The position numbers were made by a program, and so were the translations under genes. Below the pieces are notes generated by a model. It ran no database searches. It saw only the letters and a program-made list of their open reading frames with translations, and had not been told where the DNA came from. Of a stretch of DNA of 64,000 nt, positions 37,052 to 50,208 are shown piece by piece. Position 1 is the first letter of the stretch, and the number at the start of each line of letters is the position of its first letter. Source of the DNA: Lama glama (taxonomy: Eukaryota); contig CM052816.1 of the NCBI GenBank assembly GCA_028534125.1, forward strand, positions 26,352,001-26,416,000, read 5' to 3'.

Positions 37052-38016
37052 CAGTTACCCAAACGGGTTTGACTGTGGGAGTCCACTTACTTGTGGATCT
37101 TTTCAATAAATATATTAAAAATTTTTTTGAGATTTACAACATTTTGAAAAAACTTGCAGATATTCCATATAGACTTAGAAATATCAAAAAAAATTAAGAA
37201 AAAGTTAGATATGTCATGAATGTATGAAATAGGTGTAGATACTAGTTTATCCTTACATAGGCATAAGGTGAGTGATATTTCATATAAAACTTAATTTCCT
37301 ACTGTTTTACAGTGTCGCTGTCAAAAGAATTACATCACCCTACAGTATGCATTGCAAGAAACCATGTGTCAGCCTATCAGGTAAGTGGCTTTTTAAAAAA
37401 TATAACAGTGTTTTCAAGAGTGTATTATGAACATGACTAGTAGTTCTGTATGCCATAAGAGTTCTGTAACGATTCATTCATTAACGTATAGGCTAGGCTG
37501 TCGTGAAGCCATCATATCAATTACCCTCAGCTACCGTAAAGCAATCAAACTCTGCTTCTTCATTATCAAGGTATAAATCATACCTGTAAGTAAATAGGAG
37601 TTTCTTTTTCACATTATCTTTTTATTTTTGATGTCGAATGTTAGTAATACATATATGTACAGTATTTTGTGTCACGTAAGACAATGTTTATGTAGGTATT
37701 GACACAATTCATTTTGTAAACTGAAGATGTAAAATTACAGTATTGATAAACACAGTACAGTCCTATAAATGTGTTTTCTCTTCCTTATGATTTTCTGAAG
37801 AACATTTTCTTTTCTCTAGCTTACTCTTTTGTTAGAATACAGCATATAATTCATATAAAATACAAAATATGTGTTAATTGACCATTTATGCTATCTGTAG
37901 GGTCAACAGAAGGCTATTAGTAGTTAAGTTTTGGGGAAGTCAAAAAGTTATACATGGTTTTTCACATATGTAGGGGGTTGGCACCTTTAACCCCCGTGTT
38001 GTTCCAGGGTCAACTT
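37052..38016 (+). mobile_element. Tigger2-family (TcMar-Tigger) non-autonomous element, about 965 bp
   Basis: 5' CAGTTACCC..ACGGGTTTTGACTGTGGGAGTCCACTTA; 3' AACCCCCGTGTTGTTCCAGGGTCAACTT followed by TA; resembles recalled Tigger2 ends. Confidence 0.88.
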
Positions 38017-38399
38017 TATATCCAATTCCATGGAAATCACATGATAATACCAAAAAAAAGACCCAGGGCCCAAATAGAGATTAAATTTAACAAACAACAT
38101 TAAATAAATTGGCTGGGATTAACTCTTCTCTTTTTCTTTCTTTCTTTGTGGTTTTTTTTGTATCTGATAGTGGGGGGCAGGGCTAGAGGAGAATGGTCCC
38201 CTCAACACTGCCTTAAATCTTTTGGAGATCTTAACAAAGTCTTATTACCACATACTCTATTTGACCTCTACCACAGGCAGTATTTCACTTTGAGAATCTT
38301 TTCAGAACAGAGGGAGTAGAAATTAGAGATAGTTTAATTTTCCAACTCAGAAATTCCTAGTCATTTTATAGTCCTTTAAATTTTTCTTGAAATTTTGAG

Positions 38400-38760
38400 A
38401 TGTCTTTCTTTAACTGATCTCTGCGACATTTTTTCAATTAAAAGAAGCCAATTGATATTTTCAGCATTCTACCTGAAAATCATCTTACCAAGGTTCCTGA
38501 GTATATAAAGTGGATTTTCTTTCTTCTACCTCTCCTCAGGCAACTATTTTCCAGCTGTTTCACTGCTGTGTAACATGGGGTACCATTTTTTCCAATTTTC
38601 AGTAAAAATCTTCTCAACATTTTCCCCAGGCTTTGCTGGCAGCTTTCTTGCCATTTTGTATATCCTTCACTAACAGTTTCCTTTCTTTTATTTCTGCCTC
38701 TGCTCACAGATTGCTCTCTGACTATAGAGAGTTACCATTGGGTCTCTCAAATACTCTGGT
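38400..38760 (-). mobile_element. MaLR internal (MLT1-int) remnant
   Basis: Minus strand TGGAAAAAATGGTACCCCATGTTACACAGCAGTGAAACAGCTGG resembles the MLT-int 5' region. Confidence 0.55.
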
Positions 38761-38875
38761 ATTCTGAACAAAATTCTAGCTTTCTACCTTGCCTGGCCAC
38801 CCAGTGGCTGATACAGTTGCCTGTGCTTCCTTACTTTCTGACACATCCTTATAGTGAAGTCCGTCTTTTTTTTTT

Positions 38876-39008
38876 TTAATTGATCATATAATTTATTGCC
38901 TCAACTAGAACATCTTTGAGAGTGAAATTAGACACTATTAGTAATTATTCTCAGATAATAGGCAAAGAGGGAGGCTCTCCTGGGCAGAGCAAGATGTATC
39001 TTTGCCAC
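38876..39008 (+). mobile_element. MER94-like hAT-Blackjack element
   Basis: TGATCATATAATTTATTGCCTCAACTAGAACATCTTTGAGAGTGAAA..CACTATTAGTAATTAT; similar to the copy at 415-551. Confidence 0.7.
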
Positions 39009-41459
39009 ACTTTTACTTAACCTGAGTATCTCTCTCTCCTATGCAAACATCATAAATAGCTGGAAAGAACATTATCAATACACTGATACACCGTTCTCCT
39101 TGAGGAAACAAAGATTCCTAATACCCATATGCACATACTTCAGAGATAGCTAAATTTTAAAAAATAATTCTAGCTCTAATTCTTTAATATCTGGTTGCAG
39201 AACTGGTTAGGGTTTCCCAAACATTTCAAGAACTCTTGTATAATCTTGGGCCCCAACACTTTTTCAGTACTTTTGCTTTTAAGTATTTAGGCAAATCAAG
39301 TTTTCACTTTTTTTATGTATTATGTTTAATTATAAAGAAATTCAGAGATGATAATAAAATATTTATGAACAAATTAAGCACAGTGGATATTAGTAATAAG
39401 ATAATGAATCATTTAATATATTAATAAATATACTCAAAATTAATTTTACCCTTTGGCCAACCTGGCTGACTTCCTACTGGAAATCTGAAAATACAAGAGT
39501 AGAAATTATACCAGGCTGAAATAAGGGAATAATTCAATCCAAACTTTTTTCTATTTTTTTTTTCCTCTAAACCAAGAGCCCTTGGTTTTGTTTTGTTAGA
39601 CAAGAAAAGACAAAGAACCAAGCTCCACAGCAGCCAAGACTTGTGTAGCACAGAATGCAGTGTGTATCGAAACATACAAACCTTGGTCAGACTGGGAAGG
39701 TGGCTGAACACAGAGCTGTGGGTCCCCGGGCCCTCTGGTCAGTGGCAAGCTCTGCTGTTGCCTCATCCTCGTGCTCCTCCAAGCCTGGAGCCAGCTTTCT
39801 GCACAAAGTGCGTGGTGGCCTGGGTCACCTTATCTGGTCCAGTATTGTACACAGGGTGAGCATTCAGATGGCCTTGTGGAATATGGAAATTTCCTCTATT
39901 TAAGGCAGAAGCAGCCAGCCCAGAGTGAATTCTATTTTCGAGGTGCCTCAGTGTACATTCTAGGTGCTGAGAAGCAAGTTCATTTTTCAGAAACACTAGA
40001 AACTAAGATGGTTATTATGGACTTAACAACTTAGTGGAAATTGACCTAAAACTGCTAACTACGTGAGTTACAGGGAGTGAGTCCACATTTCAGTGTTCTG
40101 TCCTATGCCATTTGACTATAGTATAGTTTTCATGTTTGACTGTGGTGCTAGGAAATATGTTGTCTGAGTTACATAATATCAGCATTTCCTGGTTTGGGTA
40201 AATAAATGTACCAGTTGTTCTGCTGGCTACAGGAAACAATGGTATTTAACGAAGAAAAAAATCTTTTAAGAAGCTAATTCCTATACTAGGAAGTGACCTG
40301 GACACTGGGGAAAAAATGAGTACAAAAGAATTTAACTTCAGGTGCAAATTGCATTATCTGAAATATAGAGTTCATCTTTCAGCTTGGTTGAGAATTAAGT
40401 ACTTGGTAGTCAAACGTTGTCTGTAAAAGCTTAATTTACATCAGGAACACTTTGAATTTCATCATTTGGTATTTCTCTAAGGTTCTTAGTTACTTAAAAT
40501 GTGTGGTCAACCTGCAGCCAGTAGGAAATGGCATTAGAAGAATACTGACATGAATGTATAAATCACTTAACAGCTTGTGAAACATTTACTCCAGTTAGCG
40601 AATTGCATATAAAATCTTAAGTCTGAGTTAAATCAAGAGCTGTGGAAAATTTCAGAGAGGTAAAACGAAGGCAACTGTTTTTAAGGCAGTTTTCCCCTCT
40701 AAAAATGATGATATTAGACTAAATGATCTCAGTGTTGTTCTGTGTGTCTAAATTTCTAAATTATTGATTGGTAGGTTAGCACACTTTCTGAAAATACAGA
40801 ATTAAAATCAAGCCGCTTCATATATTCTTTATTTTTGCAAAGTGTAAATTGGTGCTTTGTTTATGCCCCCTCCCTGGAAGTATACTATAAAAGCAGCGTG
40901 TGCGTGCAAATATGCTTGGGTGTTAAGTATTTGTCATGTTATTTTTTTCCTCTAGAACTTTTTTTCTCCAGTTAACGGTGCAGAGTTGATGTGGGAGAGA
41001 CTCTGGCTCTGGGCATGTCTGTTGTGTAATTTGGATGAAGTGGACGTTACAGACAGACAGGTGGGTGTGTGCTCACGTGACTGCCTCCGGGAGGGCCACT
41101 TGGGAGCCGTGTCACTGGAGGCATTTCATTTTCTTGGTTTATTCAGGAGGCAATCTTGGCTTATGTGGATTCCCTGCTAAGGTGGAACTACGTCCCTTGA
41201 GTTTACTCTGTACAAGTTACAGTGCTTTGGGCTCTGATCTTTACTGTCAGTGGGATTGCAGAGGCAGTCTTCAAGGCCTCTGAAGTCCTAAAAGGATTGG
41301 ATAGGGGTTTTAACTTAAACTCAGATGTTAACATACAAATCAGAGGGCTTTTTGCTATACGATGAACATAAAGATGATTCTTTTCCAGACAGATTATTGT
41401 ATATAAATCATGGAAACTACTGTGGGTCTTTAAGCTCTGAATCAAAGGGAAATCAGAGC

Positions 41460-41670
41460 AGGCTTCTTAGTAATTACTGACATACCCTGAATTCAGGTGC
41501 CTATATACCCTACACACTTATATGCATCCTTATGCTTGAAATAATCTCGACAGCTATGAGAGATTCTGAGAACCAACCTATCTAACATCGCACAACAGTG
41601 AGGTGTAGAGCTGCGATTTAACTCCAGGTCTCACTGACTAAAAAGATCAGATTTTTCCATTACAACACCC
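41460..41670 (-). mobile_element. MIR remnant
   Basis: CACAACAGTGAGGTGTAGAGCTGCGATTTAACTCCAGGTCTCACTGACT. Confidence 0.55.
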
Positions 41671-42074
41671 TTGGTCTCAGGACATCATGAAAAGGAAATT
41701 GTGAAGTCATCTAAAAAATTGTTTAACTCAAATCCTCCCTTCCCTTTGATGTAATGGAAAAATGAAAGCTTTGCCCAGAGTGTAAGAGAGCGAAATCTAG
41801 ACCCAGAAATCTAACCTTCAGTTTAGTATCCTTTTATTGAGCCTGAGATGAGTGCAAAATTTTAGAATAAATTGAATTTTTCTTCACGATAATAATTTCC
41901 TAAGCTGTTGTATCCTCCACTGTTGCCTTAACACTTAGCAGGTCTGTTCCAAAAATAATAGGAAACAGAACAAAATACAACTAAAATTGTTATCATTCTC
42001 TGTGCCCTATTAAAACCCACCCTGCATTATGCATGCACCATGGATGATTTTTCCCTTGGCAAAGTGTGGAGAAC

Positions 42075-42260
42075 ATTTAAATTATAGAATCTCAGGCCTC
42101 GAAAGGGTCTCAGAGAAGCCTGATACAAAACCTCCTTCCGTAGACAAAGAAGAGAGGCCCAGGGAAGTTAGTCCCATGACTCAAGTCACGTGGTGAGTGA
42201 CGGTTTAGTTTGCCTTTTGATCTTCCCAGTCACTCTAGTGCCCTTATCATCGCATCACCT
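42075..42260 (-). mobile_element. MIR3/MIR remnant
   Basis: ATAGAATCTCAGG...GAGGCCCAGGGAAGTTAG...CTCAAGTCAC. Confidence 0.55.
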
Positions 42261-42930
42261 TTCTTACCTTTAACTATGTTTACTTGTCTTAATCTCTGCA
42301 CAGCTAACTGTGCGTGCGCATGCACACACGCACACTCAGTCTAAGGAGAAGAAAGTGATACAGAATGAAGAAAGATAAACCATAGAAAATACAGACATGC
42401 AGACCTGATTAATGTGCTGGCTATAAATCTCAGTGCAGTATGATTCTTATTGCCCTTAGTGGAGAATTTACCTGGAAAAAGCCTAGTATTAGAGATGTTC
42501 ATTGAACTTGCTTCTAGCTTTTTGACTTCTCTTTTTCAGCATCCAAGGAACAGCTACCAGTATTACTTACTGAATCTCATGCTTTCATTTTTTATTTCCA
42601 CCAGCTGTGGTTTAGGCATTTTCCTCTCATAATCCTTTAAGATTCTCTAGTGTTATCAAGCAATCTAAAAACATTAATTTGAAGGATACGTAAACCTAAA
42701 CCTTCCACTAAGCCCTCACAGTTATATTACTCTTTATTTTTCAAATATTGTCTGTCCTTCCATCTGCAGACGTCACCTACACAGAATCTCATAATGTCCT
42801 GTCTTTGGGAAGACGTGTCATCTTTTTTATTGGTACAATCTCAGCTTCTTTATCTAAGTGGAAAGGAATCATAACTTCTGTCTTACCTAGAGGAGAAGGT
42901 CTTCATAAACCTTATTAGTAAATGATACTT

Positions 42931-43166
42931 TATTTTATTTTATTTTTTAATCTTTTCTTCTTGAACAGTCATTGATTTAGTGTTTCAGGTGTACAGCAAA
43001 GAGATTCAGATAGATATATATATATATTCTTTTTCAGGATCTTTTCCATTATAGATTATTACAAGATATTGAATATAATTCCCTGTGCTATACAGTAGGT
43101 CCTTGTTGTTTATCAATTTTATAGTAGTGTATATCTGTTAATTCCAAACTCCTAGTTTATCCCTCC
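42931..43166 (-). mobile_element. Short L1 3'UTR insertion
   Basis: TTTCAGGTGTACAGCAAAGAGATTCAG...TTCCCTGTGCTATACAGTAGGTCCTTG; TGATACTT repeated at 42923-42930 and 43181-43188. Confidence 0.85.
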
Positions 43167-45684
43167 ATTTAATCATTAATTGATACTTAATTATTGCCAT
43201 AAATGAACTACGTACTCCATTCATTTATGATTAAGTCTTCTCTGCATCAACAGCATTTATTCTCCTTATACGTGGACATTGTAAAAAGGAAAAATAACTC
43301 CCTAAATTTGGGGCTTAACGTAGTCTTTTATTTAAAAACATCCACGCCTCTGAACATAGGTACTCAGCCTTCTCAGCTTGAATCACAGTCTCATCCCCAA
43401 AGCCTTCTAAACCCTTGTCTGACCTGGATACTGCAAACTCTGGCATTTGCCTCTGGATTTCCCTTTCTCCCGCCTGTCATTGTCTCCAGACTCTTATTAT
43501 CTGCAATACGAAATGCTGTGTGCTGATAGATATTGGCAGAACCTGGTTAAAATTCATTTCACATAGCTTGCTCTTGCTTCAAAGGAACAAAGGTTTTTTT
43601 TTTTTTTTTAATCCTAAGAACAGAAAAGCAAGTTATCTTTGTGGTGTTAAGCATGAAACTGGTGGTTCTTTGAAAAACAACATCTGATGTTTCCTCTCTT
43701 TTCAAATCAGACAACTGGGCACTTCTGTATTACGCATCCCCAGTCCCCCTGCTTTGGGATTTTGTCATGTCAGGAGCTGCTGACAGCTGACAAACTGCTG
43801 TGCGTAGAGCAGTGCTTACCCTCCCAAATTCCTGAGCCTACAAGGGAAAGAAAAGGCCTCTGTCTCAAACGGGGAGAGGATATGTGCCTAGATGCTTTGC
43901 TCCTTTCGTGTAGCAGAAGTCTGTTTCTGGGTCAGGTGGTTCTCTCCATCCCCAAGCAGAGCATCATCTGCCACTCACCCCAGACCCTTCCCAAGCCTCT
44001 GCTCATCTGCAGCCTCATATACGCTTCAAATCACTAACCACCTACACTGCCAAAGTCCCAACAAATTACTAGTCAATGCTGTACCCCAGAAGTTCAGCCT
44101 ATAAATAATGATTGAAAAGGTGATATTTTATTAAAACATAAAACCCACAACGAATGTAACAGTCAAAGCATTTAAGCAATCAGTCTTTCGCACTGATTGA
44201 TTGACACACGTGGGTTTAGAGTAAGCAGCCAGAATGAAGAACATACAATCAATCATCGTTTAGGGTAGGATACTCAGCACAGTTTTGCTTTCTGCATTTT
44301 CTGTGCGCTGCATTAATGTGGGTCAGTGGCTATAACACCTCTAAAGTCTAGCACATAAAAAGTGTTGGCTTGCTTATCACCATCTGTCACTTAAAGAGAT
44401 CTTACGTGAACTCTGCTGCTCTCAATCTTATAAATGACTTAATTTTTATAGTTAGATTCTGGACAGACCATGGAGGGGAAACATTCCTGTAACATTTTGG
44501 GTTGAGTCATTATTTTTCCTTCCTACAAGAAGAAGATTCCATTCTGCCTAGGTATACTGGCACATTGAACACCTTTCAATAGAGCCAGGACTGGGCATTC
44601 TTAAAGACAGCACAGTTCAGTGTTGATCACTCTTTTCATATTTGATTCTATGCAGTGCTGCCTGTGAAATCCTCGAAGCCAAATAAACAAACAAAATAAA
44701 TAACAAGATGCACTTAACGTGCTTATAGAATTATAGGGTTTTGAGAGATGGCATAGTATCCCGCTAGAAGCTATAAAAATACCCCAGCTGTTTCATGGTG
44801 TGCAGGAAATATATTGGTTTTACATTTTATAATTTCAAACTCTGTTGTCAACAGGCAACTTATGTTACTTTATATTCCACTCATCACAACCCACCATAAT
44901 TCCTTGTGGCAGAGCAAAGTGAAATATATTCCTCTGTGGTGACACTACTTATTGTTTTTTGTCTCCTATAAATGATTTGTGGCCCTGCTTTGAATTTTGG
45001 TAAGAAAGTGCATTTCCAGAAGCCTTTATGAGAAACAGCACATTCTGCAGCCCAGGAGATTCAGTCTCTTAGGAAACAGGAAAAGGCTATTTGGCTCTTT
45101 CTCACAAGCCATTTATGTTTTCTCCCATTTTTTTCCCGCCAGTGTCCTTCAAGCCTCTCTTTTCAGAGAAATTCATCAAGCAGCTGTTGAATCTATTAAT
45201 CCCTTGCTTTAGTGCCCATCAGCCTGCATCTTCCTCAGGTAATCATCGTAAACCCTCTATAGCATCCTCTTAAGGTCCAGGTCAGGCTATCTCTTCCATT
45301 TCCATTTTATTGTTGATTCAAAGACTATCAAGTGATAATTGTTAAGAGCAGGAGAGGAGTTGACACCATTGTCTGGGAACCTTAAAAAGATTAGGCGCTC
45401 TGCCCAAGGTTTTATACTTCATTGGTTTTGAATATCTTACCCAAACATTGGCTCTTCAAGTCATTAAAGTGGCCAGATTTTTTTGAAGAGATTTGCACAT
45501 CCCACACGGAAATATTATATCTTCATGGAACTTTCCTTCAGAGTGCTCAAGTCATAACCTGTTTTGACAGGGCTGTCTTCCCAGGTCCTCCAGGTTTGTG
45601 TTGAAGGAGGGAGTTGAGGACTGAGCTGTGAGTTGTGGCTCCTGCAGAGGGAGGTGGAACCTCTGTCTGTTTCCGGGGGCTGCT

Positions 45685-45803
45685 TTTTTTTTTTTTCAGT
45701 TATAGTCATTTTACAACGTGTCAGTTTCTGGTGTACAGCACAATTCTTCAGTCATACATGAACATACATAAATTCATTTTCATATTCTTCTTCACCATGA
45801 AGC
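45685..45803 (-). mobile_element. Short L1 3' tail with TSD
   Basis: Poly(T) and L1 terminus; TSD TCCGGGGGCTGCT (45672-45684) and TCCAGGGGCTGCT (45804-45816), one CpG-type difference. Confidence 0.9.
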
Positions 45804-47602
45804 TCCAGGGGCTGCTCTTACAGTCTCCAGGAATCTGACTGTGAAAAGGACACCCTGCTTTCCCAAAACTGTTCAGTCAAGTCAGGTCTGTGAAAGCCTG
45901 TTCTACTGCTGTTTACAGCACTCAGGCTTCTGTAAAGAAATAAAACCTTATGCCAAAGAGGTAACAACAAACCACCATCCACATTAGTGATAAAATTATA
46001 AATCACGCTTAGTTTTGATCTGAAAAACATTATTGAGTTTCCTTAAAACACTTTTATGATTAGAATTACATTTATGACTCTTTAATCAAGAATTCCAAAT
46101 ACATTCTAACCATTATACACCCTGCCTCCCAAAGTATTATTTTTTGAAATTTCCTTTGTGCTTTGCAGATCACTTGTATTTCACTTATTTCTAGGAATTT
46201 TCTGATAATTTATATCTCCCTATTTTTTTCAGATCTTTATTTTTGATAGTAAACACATAGATGAGGTTTTAAACAAAGCGGACAGTCTTCCCTCCTGAGG
46301 TTAAGGGGTGCTTATGTTTAGAAATATCAACAAAAGTTGCCAATTCCTCTTAAAGGGTATCCAGTCACCCAGGATTTATCTCCCAGTGCAGGGGAAGGTG
46401 AAGCAGCAGGAATGTCAAGGAAACAACAAGAGAAGCTGTAAAATTTAACAATAATGCCCATTGCTTGAAGTTAACAACATGTTCTATAGACACTGTCTTT
46501 GTAAATCTGCCCAACAAATATTTAGGCCATGTGTATTTTCCTCATTCTAAAAATAAGGAAAATGAAGTTTATTTTTACACATCAGTAAATCATGAAATCC
46601 AGTTTCAAAACCAGGTCCCTCTGCCTGCAGAGCTTGTGTGTTGCCCCCTCCCCCGTGGTCCTGCCGTCAGAAAGGACCACCAGACTCCCCAGCCTATAAT
46701 CCCCTGCAGAAGGGTTGCAGGCTTGAGAGTTTGATTTAAAGTTCAGTGAAGAAATGTCATGCTATACATGGTAGGCTTAAATCTTCAGGGTAGGGAATTA
46801 TGTAGTTGCCTTCTCAAGGGAACATGCTCAAATTTATTTCATTAATCTGAAGTAAGCAACTCATGTTTTCACACAGCCTCATTTCCATTCATCCAGCTGC
46901 ATGGAAGCCAGTTTCCATGGTTGGCTTCTTCATTGTTCAGGAGAGATTTCATCAACTAATCGGAAAGAACACAGCTCTGTCCTCAGCAGAGCTAAATACA
47001 TACAACAGTTTCACCACCAATGCCAGACACATTATCAGTGTCCTGATCTTTGGCCTTTGATACTTTCAAGAGATGTCCCAGGGGAAATCTTTTGCTGGAA
47101 TGTTAATCTGTTGCTTCTCTGACCTTCTACACATGTACCACATTATTATTACAACCCACATGCTTCTCTTTTCATGCTGTCATTTTGACAATAGAACCAT
47201 CGGGCAATTCATCTTTAGACTAGATAGCTGGAACAAAGTGTGTCCCAGTAAGTGAAGTCAGATTGGCTAATGGTATTGTTTAAATGCAGTAACATTTCTC
47301 TTCTGAAATCCACCCAGATTTCGAATGATATGTCATGCCTGTGGGATGCTTGGTAACAATTAGCTACTGGAGATTCATCAAAGGGTCCCAGTGTGGGGAT
47401 TTCTTCTTAACATTTTTTTCTGAACATGCTTTGGAAACATAAATTAGTCCCTGAATTGGATTGGTGTGGATTTATCACTCCAGTTTCCTGTCTTTGCCTT
47501 CTTTCTTCTTTCATCTGGCAGATGTTTGTTTCATCTTCACATTTACTAAAAGTGGTGCAGGGATCTGAGAGCATTTAGCAATACTGAAAAGCTATTTCTT
47601 TT

Positions 47603-47900
47603 AAGATTCTGCTCAAATGTCAAATGTCACCTCCTCAGAGAGGCCTTCCTTTGACCACCCCACATAAAACAAACCTCACTCCTATCAGTCTATATCCTCT
47701 TTATCCTGCTTTATTTTTCCTTGTAACAGCTATCATCAGTTGTCACATGATGCATTTATTCATTGGTTGGTTAGTTCCTGCCACTAGAATGCAGGTTCTG
47801 CAGAAACTTGGTTGGTTTGTTCTCTGCTGTCTCCGCTGGGGCCAGGACAGTGCCTGGCTCATAGCAGGGGCTCCAGAAGATTTAGATTTGTTGAGTGATA
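47603..47900 (+). mobile_element. L2 3' end
   Basis: CTCAAATGTCACCTCCTCAGAGAGGCCTTCC...CAGTGCCTGGCTCATAG. Confidence 0.8.
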
Positions 47901-48239
47901 GAGCGTCTTCCACCCTCAACCATATGGGCAGGATGATGCTATAGTGGCATGTGAACTGCAAGTCTCACTGATAACCATGGGCATTTCTCTGTTACAACCA
48001 TATAATGAAAACAGAGGTGAGAATATTACACACCAGTTACATCTTCTTTCTAGCCCAAGCTTAGCAGCTAAAGCCTTTGAAAAAGATGCCATTGGAAATC
48101 TCTGGTCTGTTTTGTTTGATGGATTCTTTTGCTATGCCGACCATCATTTTCAAACATATAGAAAGTAAGCAAAGTTTATTTAAAAATATCAAAACTGCTC
48201 TAAAAAATTATCTGAATTTTTTTTCTTTCTGCTTTTCAG

Positions 48240-48480
48240 TATATGAGTGTGGCCTTTGGTTACAGATTGTCTGGATTCAGGTTGATAAGCCAGTTCTTTT
48301 TTACTTTCTGTGCAACTGGGAACAAGTTACACAACCTCCCTAAAACTCCCATTTTTTCATCTGCAAATTGAGAAATGAAATGGTGGCTAAAAATAAGAAT
48401 AATGGCTTTTAGCTTTTGTGTACTATAACTCATACAAAGATCTAGGGACAGCACAGCCTAAGCACTCATCCAGTGAAGCC
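48240..48480 (+). mobile_element. MIR
   Basis: GGAACAAGTTACACAACCTCCCT...TTTTTCATCTGCAAATTG core. Confidence 0.6.
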
Positions 48481-48892
48481 ATGATTCAAGTTATTATTAA
48501 ATACACAACTATTATTACTGAGTTACAAATATGTTGTATTTGTTGTAACTATGAAAATTAAGTGAAATAGGTAATACAGTGTAAGGACTGAAAGTCAGGG
48601 GAAAAAGTCCATTTGTCCCAACTTACTTAGGGCCAAATTAAGTCCTAGGAGGGCAAGGCAGGTAGACAGCTGCACAGGGACATCTCAATAACAGGGAGAT
48701 TATATTTCTGAACAAAGATGAGTTTTGCCCTCTCTCTAAAAAGCAAACAGTTATAGCAAATGAGCTCCCACATTCAGACATGTGGACTTCAGAATATGGA
48801 GGAGATGGTGTTCACAGGGAGACAGAGCCGGGCAGCCCAGACTGAGCAGAGCAGGTCTCAGCACAGCTCTGAGAAAGGCTGGATGTAATGAG

Positions 48893-49453
48893 CTATATTT
48901 GTTATCTATGGCTGTGTAATGAATTACTCCAAGGCTTCGCAGACTAAAACAATACACATTTATTGTCTTGCAGTGTCTCTGGGTCAGGAATTTGGGCATG
49001 CTTAGTTAGGTTCTCTAACAAGGCTGGAGTCATCTTGAGGAAGGTTAGAGAAGGGTACACTCCTAGCTCACTCACATGGTTCTTGGCAAGATTCATTTCA
49101 TCGTGAGTCATTGGACAAAACTTTAGTCCCTCATCAGCTATTAGCCAGAAATTTCCCTTGGATCCTTGCCATTCAGGCATCTTCATTGAGTCTCACTACA
49201 TGGCAGCTTGCTTCATCAGAGTGAGAAAATGAGAGGCCAGGAGAGTATCAGCAAGAAAGAGCTTTAACAAGATGAAAATCCATATCTTTGTAATCTAATC
49301 ATGGAGGTGGCACCCATTACTTCTGCTATATTCTGCTCATTAGAAGCAAGTCACTAGACCCAGACACACTCATGGGGAGGGTATATATAAGGCATGAATA
49401 CCAAGTGTGTGTATGTTTTGGGGAGGTGGGGGCATTGGAAGCTACCTACCTCA
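48893..49453 (-). mobile_element. MLT1F-like MaLR solo LTR
   Basis: TTATCTATGGCTGTGTAATGAATTACTCC...GGGTCAGGAATTTGGGC...CATGGCAGCTTGCTTCATCAGAG...AGAAGCAAGTCACTAG. Confidence 0.8.
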
Positions 49454-50208
49454 AGAGCCCCAGTTAGTGGCCAACCACAGCATCTATCTAAACTGATAAG
49501 ACAAAGGAATGGTTTGTTAAATTGTGCAGTGTTAACAAGATAGCTATTTAGTGTAATACAGATTTGTATCTCTCTGATTTTGCCAAAATGAAATGAAAAG
49601 CCAGATTAAAAATGATTTAGGGTAAGTGCTTATAAACTGTTCAGTTACCTAATAAAAAGGAGCACTAAGGATCAAAGTGTAGAGGGCAATCCTAGCCCAT
49701 ATTAAAGCCTTAGAAAAGTGTAATAGATAAAGCTAATTTTTATGTATGAGAGATTTTGGCCAGATGTTATCCAGAGGCTTCTGGAAGAAATTAAGGATGG
49801 TGTAAGCAAGATACTGACAAGGGTTCTTACAGTTATACCAAAAAAAAAAAAACAAAACACTAGCTCCCATAGATTGAAAATTCAGTGGTATTTAAATGCC
49901 TTTATGTAGTTAGTGGAGATGCTGAGCACTGAGGGAGTAGCCAGTCTCCTAGTCATTCCTTGCAAACCCCAACTCTTCCTAAAGATAGAGTTATACTGTG
50001 GGCATTGTACACCTGGAGAGACAGGTCTGACTTTGATCTTAGCTTTGCCACTCTCAAGCTGTGAGACCCTTAGAAAGCTATTTAGCCTTTATGAATTTTG
50101 ATGAATCCATCTGGAATGAATGCAAAGGACACAGTGAAAAGCATAGTACATATCAGTTGGTCAATAAATGATAGATGTGAATTAGTACAGGGTTTTAGAG
50201 CATGAGTT

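Noticed and set aside
4883..47627. Small perfect tandem duplications (e.g. TCTTCTAAATT x2 near 4884, ATTCAGTAAT x2 near 21725, CCCACGTG x2 near 24629, TCAAATG x2 near 47613)
   Set aside because: Ordinary replication-slippage products without higher-order structure.
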